Shown piece after piece: positions 1-8,458 of a stretch of 64,000 nucleotides of DNA. The notes beneath the pieces are model-generated. The model was not told where the DNA came from and searched no databases. It worked only from the letters and a program-made list of their open reading frames with translations. Numbering within the stretch: the first letter of the stretch is position 1; each line of letters begins with the position of its first letter. Where the stretch lies: assembly GCA_964373695.1 (NCBI GenBank), contig CAYJVT010000001.1, positions 2,373-66,372 of the forward strand, read 5' to 3'. The DNA comes from an uncultured archaeon (GTDB lineage Archaea; Aenigmatarchaeota; Aenigmatarchaeia; GW2011-AR5). Position numbers and translations under genes: made by a program.

Positions 1-336
1 TGGCTCGTTGAAGGTCGCGTTGACCGTTTGATTTGATATTGATACTGTGGTATTCCCGATGACACTTATCGTGATTGTCGGTGGTATGGTATCAAGAGAT
101 AATACTAAAGTAGCCGAAACGTTCATATTCCCTACTGTGTCATTAGCCCATACACGAAGGGTGTTGCTTCCTTCAGCAAGAATCACGGATGTGTTGGTGT
201 TGCACTTGAAAGTTGCGTTCACTCCGTTGAGTTCCCTGAAGCATCTGTCAACTGGCTCGTTGAAGGTCGCGTTGACCGTTTGATTTGATATTGATACTGT
301 GGTATTCGTTGGGTTATTTATCGTGATTGTCGGTGG
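1..336. repeat. Intragenic tandem repeat, period 252 nt (84 aa)
   Basis: 1-55 is identical to 253-307, and 66-84 is identical to 318-336. Confidence 0.9.
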
Positions 337-1197
337 GGTGTGGTCTATAAGCACCGCATCAGCCTGTGTATTCTGCACCGATTGCAGGATGTTGTCTATG
401 AGAGTGATGCGGAGCGTGTAATATCCTTCTGTCGCCGCCGAGCTGATGGCGCATGACGTGGAAATGTTTATGCCTACGCCTCCGGTGAGGCTTGTATTCG
501 TCCTGTAGCATATCTGCGTCGAGCCGTTGTACACCTCTATACTGTAGTTCCTCGGATTCGCTTCTATGTATGAGAAGTTAACGCTGAGGTTGCCGCCGGC
601 CTTCGCGTATCCTACAGAAGTCGTGTTGGGTATCGGGTTGAATATGAGAGGTTCCAAGGAATCATATGAAAATGAAACCGTGCTTTGTGTCGAGAAGCTG
701 CTGCCTTCGCATTCGTTGTTCAGGTCTTCCGCATAAAGATATATGTTACACGTGCCGTCGCTGCATCCTGCTGCACTTGCGGTAAAGCTGCATGAGCTGT
801 TGCCGTTGCTCCCTGCCGTGCCGCCGGTGCACAGAAGCGTGCCCTTGTCGGTCCCGTTGTAGGCCTTCATCCTGACGTTGTCCGTGTCGTTGTCCGCTAT
901 AACAGCGCCCACGGTCACGGTGTTGCTGGAATTGGCTATGCTGGGCGTTATCGACGCCTGCACGACGGAGGGCGGCCTGTTGATTATGCAGAATATGCCG
1001 CCGTAAAGCCTGATGGAGGCGCTTTCCTTCACGGCAAGCGTGTTTATCACCGAGACGTTCAGGCCGCTGGAATCCTCGTGGCCTCCTACATTACCCGATT
1101 GCCCTTCTATGGAAAAGCCTCCTCCTGTCCCGCTTAATGCCATGGTTACCGGGATTAGAATTAAAATGAACGATAATATTACTATTGCAGGTTTCAT
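1..1197 (-). CDS. Secreted/surface glycoprotein with tandem Ig-like (DTxPPTI) repeats; N-terminal 399 codons, runs off the left edge
   Basis: Not in the ORF track because there is no stop in the window. Manual translation from ATG at 1197: MKPAIVILSFILILIPVTMA (signal peptide), then S/T/N-rich sequence with many N-x-S/T sequons and repeats DHTPPTITINNPTNTTVSISNQTVNATFNEP / DTIPPTITISVIGNTTVSISNQTVNATFNEP. Confidence 0.85.
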   Translation of the reverse strand, partial: MKPAIVILSFILILIPVTMALSGTGGGFSIEGQSGNVGGHEDSSGLNVSVINTLAVKESASIRLYGGIFCIINRPPSVVQASITPSIANSSNTVTVGAVIADNDTDNVRMKAYNGTDKGTLLCTGGTAGSNGNSSCSFTASAAGCSDGTCNIYLYAEDLNNECEGSSFSTQSTVSFSYDSLEPLIFNPIPNTTSVGYAKAGGNLSVNFSYIEANPRNYSIEVYNGSTQICYRTNTSLTGGVGINISTSCAISSAATEGYYTLRITLIDNILQSVQNTQADAVLIDHTPPTITINNPTNTTVSISNQTVNATFNEPVDRCFRELNGVNATFKCNTNTSVILAEGSNTLRVWANDTVGNMNVSATLVLSLDTIPPTITISVIGNTTVSISNQTVNATFNEP

Positions 1198-1244
1198 TGA
1201 TATTATTATTGAATAAGTCCAATATAAACATTTTTGTGGTGGTT

Positions 1245-3950
1245 ATGTCGTTCAAGGACTTCTCCTCGGAGATGCAGAAGCTTATCAGGGAAAGGGGTTT
1301 CATAGAGCCAACGCTCCCCCAGAAGATGGGCATTCCTGAGATAGTGAAAGGCAGCAACGTGCTCATACTTGCGGCGACCGGACACGGAAAGACCGAGAGT
1401 GCCATGCTTCCTCTTCTTGACAGGATGCACACGGAGAAGTCGCCGCCGATAACCGTCCTTTACATAAACCCGCTCCGGGCGCTGTCCCGTGACCTCCTTG
1501 ACAGGCTGTTCTGGTGGGCAGACAAGCTGGAAATAGACATAGCGGTAAGGCATGGGGACACCACGAAAACAGAGCGTTCTGAACAATCAGACCATCCCCC
1601 CCATTGTTTGATAACCACGCCGGAAACTCTTGGCATCCTGCTGGTCTCCAAGAAGATGAGGGAGCACCTGAGGAACGTCAGACATGTTATTATCGACGAA
1701 GTCCATGAAATGGCCGGCAACAAGCGCGGCGTACATCTTTCTCTCCTTCTGGAACGCCTGAGGAATTTGTGCGGCCAGTTCCAAGTCATCGGCCTGTCGG
1801 CAACTGTCGGTCATCCCGAGAAAATCGCGAAGACGCTGGCGCCGGACATGAAGATCATACGTGCCGAGTCGGAGAAGGAGTACGACATAAAGGTTGAAGT
1901 GCCTGATTGCGGCGGCGACAGGGCCGAGGAGCTCTTCATAAACAAGAGCACTCTGGCAAGGATGCTTCGCATCCGAGAGCTTATCAACGAGCACAAGTCC
2001 GTCCTGGCGTTCACCAACACGCGCCAGACCGCTGAAATCCTGTCATCACGTTTCGCTATCCTCGACAAGGAGATGAAGCAGGAGGTATATCACGGCTCGC
2101 TGTCCAGGGAAAAGCGCCTGGAAAGCGAAAAACGGTTCAAGTCACAGCAGATAAAAACCCTAATCACCACATCGTCACTTGAGCTCGGCATAGACATCGG
2201 CTCCATTGACATGGTGATACAGTACCTTTCGCCGCGCCAGGTCACCAAGCTGCTTCAGAGGGTCGGCCGCGCAGGCCACAGGGTCGGCGAGAAAAGCGTA
2301 GGGATAATACTTTCCGGCGAGGAGGACACTTTCGAGTCTTCTGTCATAGCCAGAAAAGCGGTAGCGAAGGAGCTGGAGGACATAAGGGTGCATGAGGGCG
2401 CGCTTGACGTCCTTGCGATGCAGATAATAGGGATGGCCATAGAGGAATATGGCGTGCCTTCTGAAAAGGTGTTTGAGACTGCAAAGCGCTCATACCATTT
2501 CAGCGGCATGAGTTGGGAGGCGTTTGAAAGGCTCCTCAAGTTCCTTGCCTCGATGAAGCTCGTCTTCCTCGAGCCAATGAAGCGCGGGCATTCGATAAAG
2601 CGCAGCAGGAAGGGGTTCCAGTTCCATTTCGAGAACCTCAGCACCATACCGGACACCAGGCAGCTGCGCGTCATCAGCATAGTGGAGAACGAGCCTGTGG
2701 GCAGCCTGGACGAGGCTTTCGTTGCGGAGCACGGCGAGACGGGAAGCACCTTCATAGTGGGCGGCCGTGCGTGGAAAGTCATTCAGGTGGAAGAAAGCAG
2801 GGTGATAGTGGAGCCCATCGACGACGCCGAGTCCGCGATACCTGCGTGGGAGGGCGAGCTCATACCAGTGCCTTTCGACGTGGCGCAGGAAGTCGGCAGG
2901 ATGAGGCGCAGGCTTGACATAGGAAAGTACCCCGTAGACAAAAACGCCGAAAAGGAGATGCGCTCCATAATAAAGAAGCAGGGCTCCATGCCCACTGAAA
3001 GCGAGTTCCTGGTGGAGGACTACAAGGACTTCATAATAATACACTCGTGCTGCGGCACCATGATCAACGACACAATAGCCAGATACATAGCCGCGGAGCT
3101 CACCGCACAGACCGGCGTCGCAGTGAACATAAAGAACGACCCTTACCGCATAATGCTCCAGACGCTGGCGAAGCCGTCAGACGTCATGAAAATTCTCAAG
3201 AACTCGTCGAAACTGAAGGAAACGCTTGATATCGCGATATCCCAGTCCTCGCTTTTCAAGTACAGGTTCCTTCACGTCGCCAGGCGCTTCGGCGTCATAT
3301 CGAAGAAGGCGAGATTCGACAGGCTCAGCATGAGCAAGGTGATATCGCAGTTCCACGGAACGCCGGTATATGACGAGACCATGAGGGAGATATTCCTGGA
3401 CAAGATGGACATCGGCGGCGCGGAGCGCATACTTGGCGGGATAAAGGAGGGCAGGATAAAGCTGAAATACAGGAAGGGGCTGTCGTATCTTGGCGAGCTC
3501 GGGCTTGTCCACCAGTTCTCGGAGGTCATGAAGCCCAGGCGCCCCGAGGGCGAGATATTCAAGGCTTTCCGCAACCGCCTCATGCACACCAGAGTCCGGA
3601 TACTATGCACCAGATGCTGGGACTACACCGCCATGAGGGAGGTCAAGGATTTCGACGAGCAGCCGGTATGCCCCAAGTGCAACTCCGTCCTGCTGGCAGT
3701 GACAAGGGGCAGGAGGGAGGTCGAGCCCGGCAAGCTCCAGAAGAAGGAGAAGGACGAGCTCAAGCGCTCGGCGGACCTCATGGTGACTTACGGGAGGAAA
3801 TACATATTCACGAGGGCCGGCATAGGCGTCGGCATAGAGACTGCAGCACGCATACTTTCGCGGCTGCCGAAGGACGAGGAGCAGCTCCTGAAATACATCT
3901 ACGAGGAGGAGAAGACCTTCGCCCGCACGAAGATATACTGGAAAGCCTGA
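1245..3950 (+). CDS. lhr: Lhr-family SF2 DEAD/H-box helicase with C-terminal Zn finger
   Basis: AATGHGKT (motif I), DEVH (II), SAT (III), QRVGRAGHR (VI), LELGIDIG, C-terminal CTRC..CPKC. Start placed at ATG 1245 after an AT-rich promoter. Confidence 0.92.
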   Translation: MSFKDFSSEMQKLIRERGFIEPTLPQKMGIPEIVKGSNVLILAATGHGKTESAMLPLLDRMHTEKSPPITVLYINPLRALSRDLLDRLFWWADKLEIDIAVRHGDTTKTERSEQSDHPPHCLITTPETLGILLVSKKMREHLRNVRHVIIDEVHEMAGNKRGVHLSLLLERLRNLCGQFQVIGLSATVGHPEKIAKTLAPDMKIIRAESEKEYDIKVEVPDCGGDRAEELFINKSTLARMLRIRELINEHKSVLAFTNTRQTAEILSSRFAILDKEMKQEVYHGSLSREKRLESEKRFKSQQIKTLITTSSLELGIDIGSIDMVIQYLSPRQVTKLLQRVGRAGHRVGEKSVGIILSGEEDTFESSVIARKAVAKELEDIRVHEGALDVLAMQIIGMAIEEYGVPSEKVFETAKRSYHFSGMSWEAFERLLKFLASMKLVFLEPMKRGHSIKRSRKGFQFHFENLSTIPDTRQLRVISIVENEPVGSLDEAFVAEHGETGSTFIVGGRAWKVIQVEESRVIVEPIDDAESAIPAWEGELIPVPFDVAQEVGRMRRRLDIGKYPVDKNAEKEMRSIIKKQGSMPTESEFLVEDYKDFIIIHSCCGTMINDTIARYIAAELTAQTGVAVNIKNDPYRIMLQTLAKPSDVMKILKNSSKLKETLDIAISQSSLFKYRFLHVARRFGVISKKARFDRLSMSKVISQFHGTPVYDETMREIFLDKMDIGGAERILGGIKEGRIKLKYRKGLSYLGELGLVHQFSEVMKPRRPEGEIFKAFRNRLMHTRVRILCTRCWDYTAMREVKDFDEQPVCPKCNSVLLAVTRGRREVEPGKLQKKEKDELKRSADLMVTYGRKYIFTRAGIGVGIETAARILSRLPKDEEQLLKYIYEEEKTFARTKIYWKA

Positions 3951-3976
3951 AATACGGAGAACGACAAATAGATAAA

Positions 3977-6229
3977 ATGAAGTTCTGCCTCCTGGACGCG
4001 GATTACGGGGTGCGCGCCGGCAAGCCTGTCATCATGCTGATAGGAGTCGACGCAAAGGGCAAGCGCGTCGTCGTTGAGGACTCTTTCCTCCCTTACTTCT
4101 ATGCGACCAAAGCCGTGAAGGCTCCGAATGTCGTGAAGACCGAGAAAGTCGGTATGAAGCTGGGTGGGAAGGAGCGGAGCCTTGTAAAGATATACGTCAA
4201 CCTCCCGCAGAACGTTCAGAAGGTAAGGGATGCCGTGAAGGGGCATGCGGACTGCTACGAATATTCGCTCAACTTCTACAAAAGATACCTTATCGACAGG
4301 GGCTTTTACCCTCTGGACTGGCTCTCCGTGAAAGGCGGCCGTGTAGAGAAATCATCCGGCGGCAGCCCGCCGCTGCGCGTCCTGGCGTTCGACATGGAGG
4401 TTGTCGACAAAAAGATAGTAGTGATTTCGTTCGCGACGCGCGCTTCGAAAGGGGTTATAACATACAAGGACGCGTCAAACATAATTCGTGTGAAGGATGA
4501 AAAAGAAACGATAGAGAAATTCTTCGCCGTGCTGGAAAAGGAGAAGCCGCATATGGTAGTCACGTACAACGGGGACGGATACGACTTCGACATCCTTCGT
4601 CAGAGGATGGAAGAGTTGAAAGTCGTGGGGCCGCGCATCGAATTCGAGAAGCACTCATACATGTCCTCGGCGCGCGTTTCGGGCTTCGTGCACATAGACC
4701 TCTACAATTTCGTCAACAACCTCATCTTCCAGCAGCTCGCGTCCGAGGTCTACACGCTCGCGGAGGTGTCTGAAGAGATATTGGGCAAGACGAAGAATGG
4801 CCTGTCATACGAGAATATCATAGAGTTGTGGAAAAGCGATGCCGGCGCTCTGGCGGAATACTGCCTCAACGACTCCATGCTGACGCTGGAACTGTCGGAA
4901 AGGCTCCTCCCGCAGCTCTTCGAGCTCTGCCGCGTGTCTGGTCAGCTGCCTTTCGACTGCTCCCGCCTGACATATGGCCTCATGGTCGAGTGGTTCCTGA
5001 TGCGCAAGGCCGCCGAGATGAAGATTGTTCATCCGAATCCTCCGCACTGGGATGAGATACAGAAAAGGCGTTTGCGGCGGTTCAGGGGTGGGTATGTGAA
5101 AGAGCCGGTCGGGGGCCTGCATGATGACATAGCGGTGTTCGATTTCCGCTCGCTGTACCCTTCCATAATAGTCACGTTCAACATATCGCCTGAAACCCTT
5201 AACTGCAAATGTTGCTCGTCGAAAGTTCCGGGCCTTGAATATCATTTCTGCAGGAAGCGGAAAGGATTTGTCCCGTCCGTGCTCGAGGAAGTGCTGCAGC
5301 GGCGGCAGGCAATAAAGAAGAGAATGAAAAAAGCGAAGGGGGAGGAGTTCGAGCGACTCAAGGGCGAGCAGGCCGCCCTGAAGCTTGTAGCCAACAGCAC
5401 ATACGGGATATTCGGCAGCCCTTCGGCCAGATGGTACTGCTTTGACTGCGGCCAGGCTGCCGCCGCATATGGCAGGAATTTCATACAGAAGGCCATAGAA
5501 GCGGCCGGAAAGCAGGGCCTGGAGGTCCTGTACGGCGACACGGACTCGCTTTTTGTCAGCTCAGGCCGGATTGCGGCCAAAAAATTCCTCAGGGATATGA
5601 ACAAGTCACTCCCTGGCATAATGGAGCTTGAGCTGCAGGGAATATATGTAAGGGGGCTGTTCGTCCCGCAGAAAATAGGCGGATATACGGCGAAAAAGCG
5701 CTATGCGCTGCTTGACGCCGAAGGCAACATGACTGTGCGCGGGTTGGAGACTGTCAGGAGGGATTGGTGCGATATGGCGAGGAATTTGCAGCGCGAAGTC
5801 CTTCACCTGGTCCTCCAGAAGAGGGAGAAAGATGCCGTGAGGAAGGTAAGGGAGGCCCTGGAAAAGGTGAGGAAGCGCCAGGTCGGCATGCAGGACATAA
5901 TCATGCGCACGCAGATGGGGAAAAGCCTGGAGGAATATAAGGCCACGGGTCCCCATGTCGAAGTCGCGCGCCGCCTCAGGGCAGAAGGCCATGATGTCCG
6001 TGAGGGAATGGTGATAAGCTATATAATCACGAAAGGCCGTGGAAGCATTTCGCAGCGCGCCATGCCTGCGGACAAGGTCGGCATCAGGGATTACGATATA
6101 GAATACTACTCAGAGAACCAGCTCCTGTCGGTGGCGCTCCGCGTGTTGCAGGTTTTCGGATATAAGGAAGAGGATTTTCTTACAGACGGACTGAAAATCT
6201 TTGGAGAACGTCGTTCTCCAAGATCTTGA
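3977..6229 (+). CDS. polB: Family B DNA polymerase with intact 3'-5' exonuclease and polymerase motifs
   Basis: FDME (ExoI), TYNGDGYD (ExoII), YCLND (ExoIII), DFRSLYPSII, KLVANSTYG, YGDTDS. True start is MKFCLLDADY at 3977; the upstream ORF extension overlaps lhr. Confidence 0.95.
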   Translation: MKFCLLDADYGVRAGKPVIMLIGVDAKGKRVVVEDSFLPYFYATKAVKAPNVVKTEKVGMKLGGKERSLVKIYVNLPQNVQKVRDAVKGHADCYEYSLNFYKRYLIDRGFYPLDWLSVKGGRVEKSSGGSPPLRVLAFDMEVVDKKIVVISFATRASKGVITYKDASNIIRVKDEKETIEKFFAVLEKEKPHMVVTYNGDGYDFDILRQRMEELKVVGPRIEFEKHSYMSSARVSGFVHIDLYNFVNNLIFQQLASEVYTLAEVSEEILGKTKNGLSYENIIELWKSDAGALAEYCLNDSMLTLELSERLLPQLFELCRVSGQLPFDCSRLTYGLMVEWFLMRKAAEMKIVHPNPPHWDEIQKRRLRRFRGGYVKEPVGGLHDDIAVFDFRSLYPSIIVTFNISPETLNCKCCSSKVPGLEYHFCRKRKGFVPSVLEEVLQRRQAIKKRMKKAKGEEFERLKGEQAALKLVANSTYGIFGSPSARWYCFDCGQAAAAYGRNFIQKAIEAAGKQGLEVLYGDTDSLFVSSGRIAAKKFLRDMNKSLPGIMELELQGIYVRGLFVPQKIGGYTAKKRYALLDAEGNMTVRGLETVRRDWCDMARNLQREVLHLVLQKREKDAVRKVREALEKVRKRQVGMQDIIMRTQMGKSLEEYKATGPHVEVARRLRAEGHDVREGMVISYIITKGRGSISQRAMPADKVGIRDYDIEYYSENQLLSVALRVLQVFGYKEEDFLTDGLKIFGERRSPRS

Positions 6230-6473
6230 AGGAATTATAGTGCTACAAGGAAAGAAATAGGATATTATTTTCCTTGTGCACTATATGTGAAACCAGAATT
6301 CATGTCCAGATTCTTTTCTGGTTTCACTATATATATATCCCTTCCAAGAAATTCACGAAATGAATGTACAAAAACCTTTTGGGCTTTTGACATTGTTGAA
6401 AAGCCAAAGGCTTTTAACATCTCAAAGAAACTGTGTTTCTTTGCGGACTCGAAGAACTTCGTTCTTTGCAGAC
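6192..6473 (+). other. AT-rich multi-hairpin structured element (candidate ncRNA or palindromic/MITE-like element)
   Basis: Hairpins at 6197-6224, 6236-6285, 6287-6327 (12-bp perfect stem), 6351-6365, 6371-6415, 6419-6448 (9-bp perfect stem) and 6447-6473. A stem from about 6224-6233 pairing with 6339-6349 encloses two hairpins. G-U pairs favour the + strand. Confidence 0.6.
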
Positions 6474-6501
6474 TTTAATACTTGACTATCGTCTTCAATA
6501 T

Positions 6502-7398
6502 ATGGAGAAGGATGAATTCGACAAGTACGTTATTGCAGGGAAGATAGCGGCCCTGGTGAGGGAAGAAAGCAGATCGTACGTGAAGGTGGGGGCGCCGCTC
6601 CTGGAAATAGCAAGGAAAGTTGAAGACTCTATAAGGAAGAACGGGGGCATGCCGGCTTTCCCTGTCAATCTGTCCTTGAACGACGAGGCCGCCCACTACA
6701 CTCCTGTTCCTGTGGATGAAAGAAAGATTTCCGAAGGCGACGTGATAAAAGTCGATATAGGAGTTCACGTCGACGGGTTCATAGGTGATACCGCTTATAC
6801 TGTGTCGTTCGGCGAAAAGCACAAGGCCCTGGTGAAGGCAGCGGAAGACGCGCTGGAAAAGGCCGTTCCGCTGTGCATTCCGGGTAAGGCTGTGGACGAG
6901 ATATCAGGCGTCATAGAGGATACAATAAAGTCCCGCGGCTTCAGGCCAGTAGCGAACCTGACAGGCCACGGCCTCGGGCAATGGGAGGGGCATGCGGAGC
7001 CCACGATACACAACGTCAGAGTCAATTATCCTTACGTCCTGAAGGAGGACGATGTCATAGCTGTCGAGCCCTTTGCAACGGACGGTGCAGGACGCATAAA
7101 AGATTCCGAGCCTTCCGTTATATTCTCCCTTGTCAGAAAGAAGCCCGTGCGCAGCCAGGAAGCGAGGAAGATAATCAGCGATATAGAGGCTTTCAAAGGC
7201 CTGCCTTTCGCGGAAAGGTGGCTCGGCTCATCGTTTGGCACGCGCCTCGCCATGAGGGACCTGAGGCGTTCCGGTATCCTGTATGAATATCCGGTCCTCA
7301 AGGAAGTTTCGAAGGGGATAATCACGCAGGCCGAGCATACCGTGATAGTGAGAAAGACGCCTGTCGTCACCACTGACTTAAAAAGTTTCGCGGACTAA
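6502..7398 (+). CDS. map: Methionine aminopeptidase type II
   Basis: AFPVNLSLNDEAAHY, KVDIGVHVDGFIGDTAYT, LTGH, AVEPF, QAEHT. Start at ATG 6502 (MEKDEF). Confidence 0.95.
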   Translation: MEKDEFDKYVIAGKIAALVREESRSYVKVGAPLLEIARKVEDSIRKNGGMPAFPVNLSLNDEAAHYTPVPVDERKISEGDVIKVDIGVHVDGFIGDTAYTVSFGEKHKALVKAAEDALEKAVPLCIPGKAVDEISGVIEDTIKSRGFRPVANLTGHGLGQWEGHAEPTIHNVRVNYPYVLKEDDVIAVEPFATDGAGRIKDSEPSVIFSLVRKKPVRSQEARKIISDIEAFKGLPFAERWLGSSFGTRLAMRDLRRSGILYEYPVLKEVSKGIITQAEHTVIVRKTPVVTTDLKSFAD

Positions 7399-7405
7399 TT
7401 TAATT

Positions 7406-7954
7406 ATGATAATAATAGTCGACAGCGGCAAGGGAAGCAGGGAAATATCCGGCTTCCTGAGGTCCAAGAACCAGATCATGAAACCTGGTGAAATAAAGGA
7501 CGGCTCCGCGTTCATTCTTTCCGACGGCCGTATAGACGGGAGCTCAAAAAAATCAATAGACAAGCTCCTGGAAAAGACCACGAATCCGGTTCTGGGCATA
7601 GGAGCCGGGATGGGATATATACTATCGTTCTACGGAGCCCAGGTCGGCGAATCCAAGGCCTCGCAGAAGCAGGAGCGTATCTCCCTGAAAAAGCCTTCGC
7701 CGCTTCTTCTGGACTTCAAGCGCGTGTTCGATGTCATGAAGGCCAGCAGCTGCGTTGTAAAGGAAGTGCCTGAGAACTTCTCGGTCCATGCATCGTCAAA
7801 AAGCTGCGAATTCGAGGTTGTACAGGAGCTGGAAAAGCCTTTCTTCGGGGTGCACTTCAACCCGGAGCTTGGGCAGGACGGCCTTCAGATACTCAGAAAC
7901 TTCGAGAAGTTTATAGGAGTGTGGGAGAAATACCACAAATATTCAAAGAACTGA
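7406..7954 (+). CDS. Class I glutamine amidotransferase-like protein, catalytic Cys and His absent
   Basis: IIVDSG N-terminus, PVLGIGAGMG (canonical GICLGxQ), FFGVHFNPE (canonical GVQFHPE). Confidence 0.75.
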   Translation: MIIIVDSGKGSREISGFLRSKNQIMKPGEIKDGSAFILSDGRIDGSSKKSIDKLLEKTTNPVLGIGAGMGYILSFYGAQVGESKASQKQERISLKKPSPLLLDFKRVFDVMKASSCVVKEVPENFSVHASSKSCEFEVVQELEKPFFGVHFNPELGQDGLQILRNFEKFIGVWEKYHKYSKN

Positions 7955-7961
7955 AATCGTC

Positions 7962-8129
7962 TCAGCAAGTGCATGTAATAATATTCTTCGCCTTTTCAAA
8001 AGGAAAATGTTCATAGCAGAAAGACGCTTCTATTCCATCCAGATTCATTTTCATGGACGTTGGATAGTCGCACACTATGCATCTCATGTCTCTCACCTGA
8101 ATCACATTGTCTCGCATATTAGAAGTCAT
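7962..8129 (-). CDS. Small putative Zn-finger protein (about 55 aa)
   Basis: CIVCD and FCYEH pattern. Start taken at MTSN to avoid overlap with the upstream gene. AT-rich. Confidence 0.4.
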   Translation of the reverse strand: MTSNMRDNVIQVRDMRCIVCDYPTSMKMNLDGIEASFCYEHFPFEKAKNIITCTC

Positions 8130-8142
8130 TTCTGGTACAATT

Positions 8143-8454
8143 CTATGTACATCTGCCGTCGTTGCAGTTGCATTTCTGGAGCCTGCTTGCGAGCCTGTCG
8201 CCATTGCACGTATATTCCTTGAGGATGTCGCCAGAGCATTCGTCAATGAACACGCTCTCGGCGCCGTTCGCCGTATATGTCACGGTACCCTTCGTCGATA
8301 TGTCTGTGCCGTCGGTGTCCTCGCACGTGATGACATCCGGTATTTCAGACTGGCCGGACTTGAAAGGCTGTTCCGGCACCGTGAATACGTACAGTGCGGC
8401 AAGGGCTATCACGACAGCGGCGATTATCGCATAGTCTCCTCGTTTGGGTTTCAT
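8143..8454 (-). CDS. Small membrane-anchored Cys-rich extracellular protein
   Basis: N-terminal TM (YAIIAAVVIALAALYVF), then CEDTDG..KGTV..DECSG.ILKEYTC..CNCNDGRC, a disulfide-type module. Confidence 0.75.
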   Translation of the reverse strand: MKPKRGDYAIIAAVVIALAALYVFTVPEQPFKSGQSEIPDVITCEDTDGTDISTKGTVTYTANGAESVFIDECSGDILKEYTCNGDRLASRLQKCNCNDGRCT

Positions 8455-8458
8455 CGTA

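Noticed and set aside
1-336. Direct repeat as a CRISPR array or IS end
   Set aside because: In-frame 252-nt period inside a coding sequence, so it is a protein domain repeat.
3605-3976. 124-aa N-terminal extension of PolB in the ORF track
   Set aside because: Overlaps the lhr 3' end in another frame. The recognisable PolB start (MKFCLLDADY) is at 3977.
6192-6473. Identification of the structured region as RNase P RNA, SRP RNA, tRNA or a CRISPR array
   Set aside because: No GAGGAAAGUCC/P4, SRP helix-8 or cloverleaf signatures on either strand, and no equal-length repeat-spacer periodicity.
6287-6478. 63-aa ORF inside the structured intergenic element
   Set aside because: AT-rich, no homology cues, and better explained by the non-coding hairpins.
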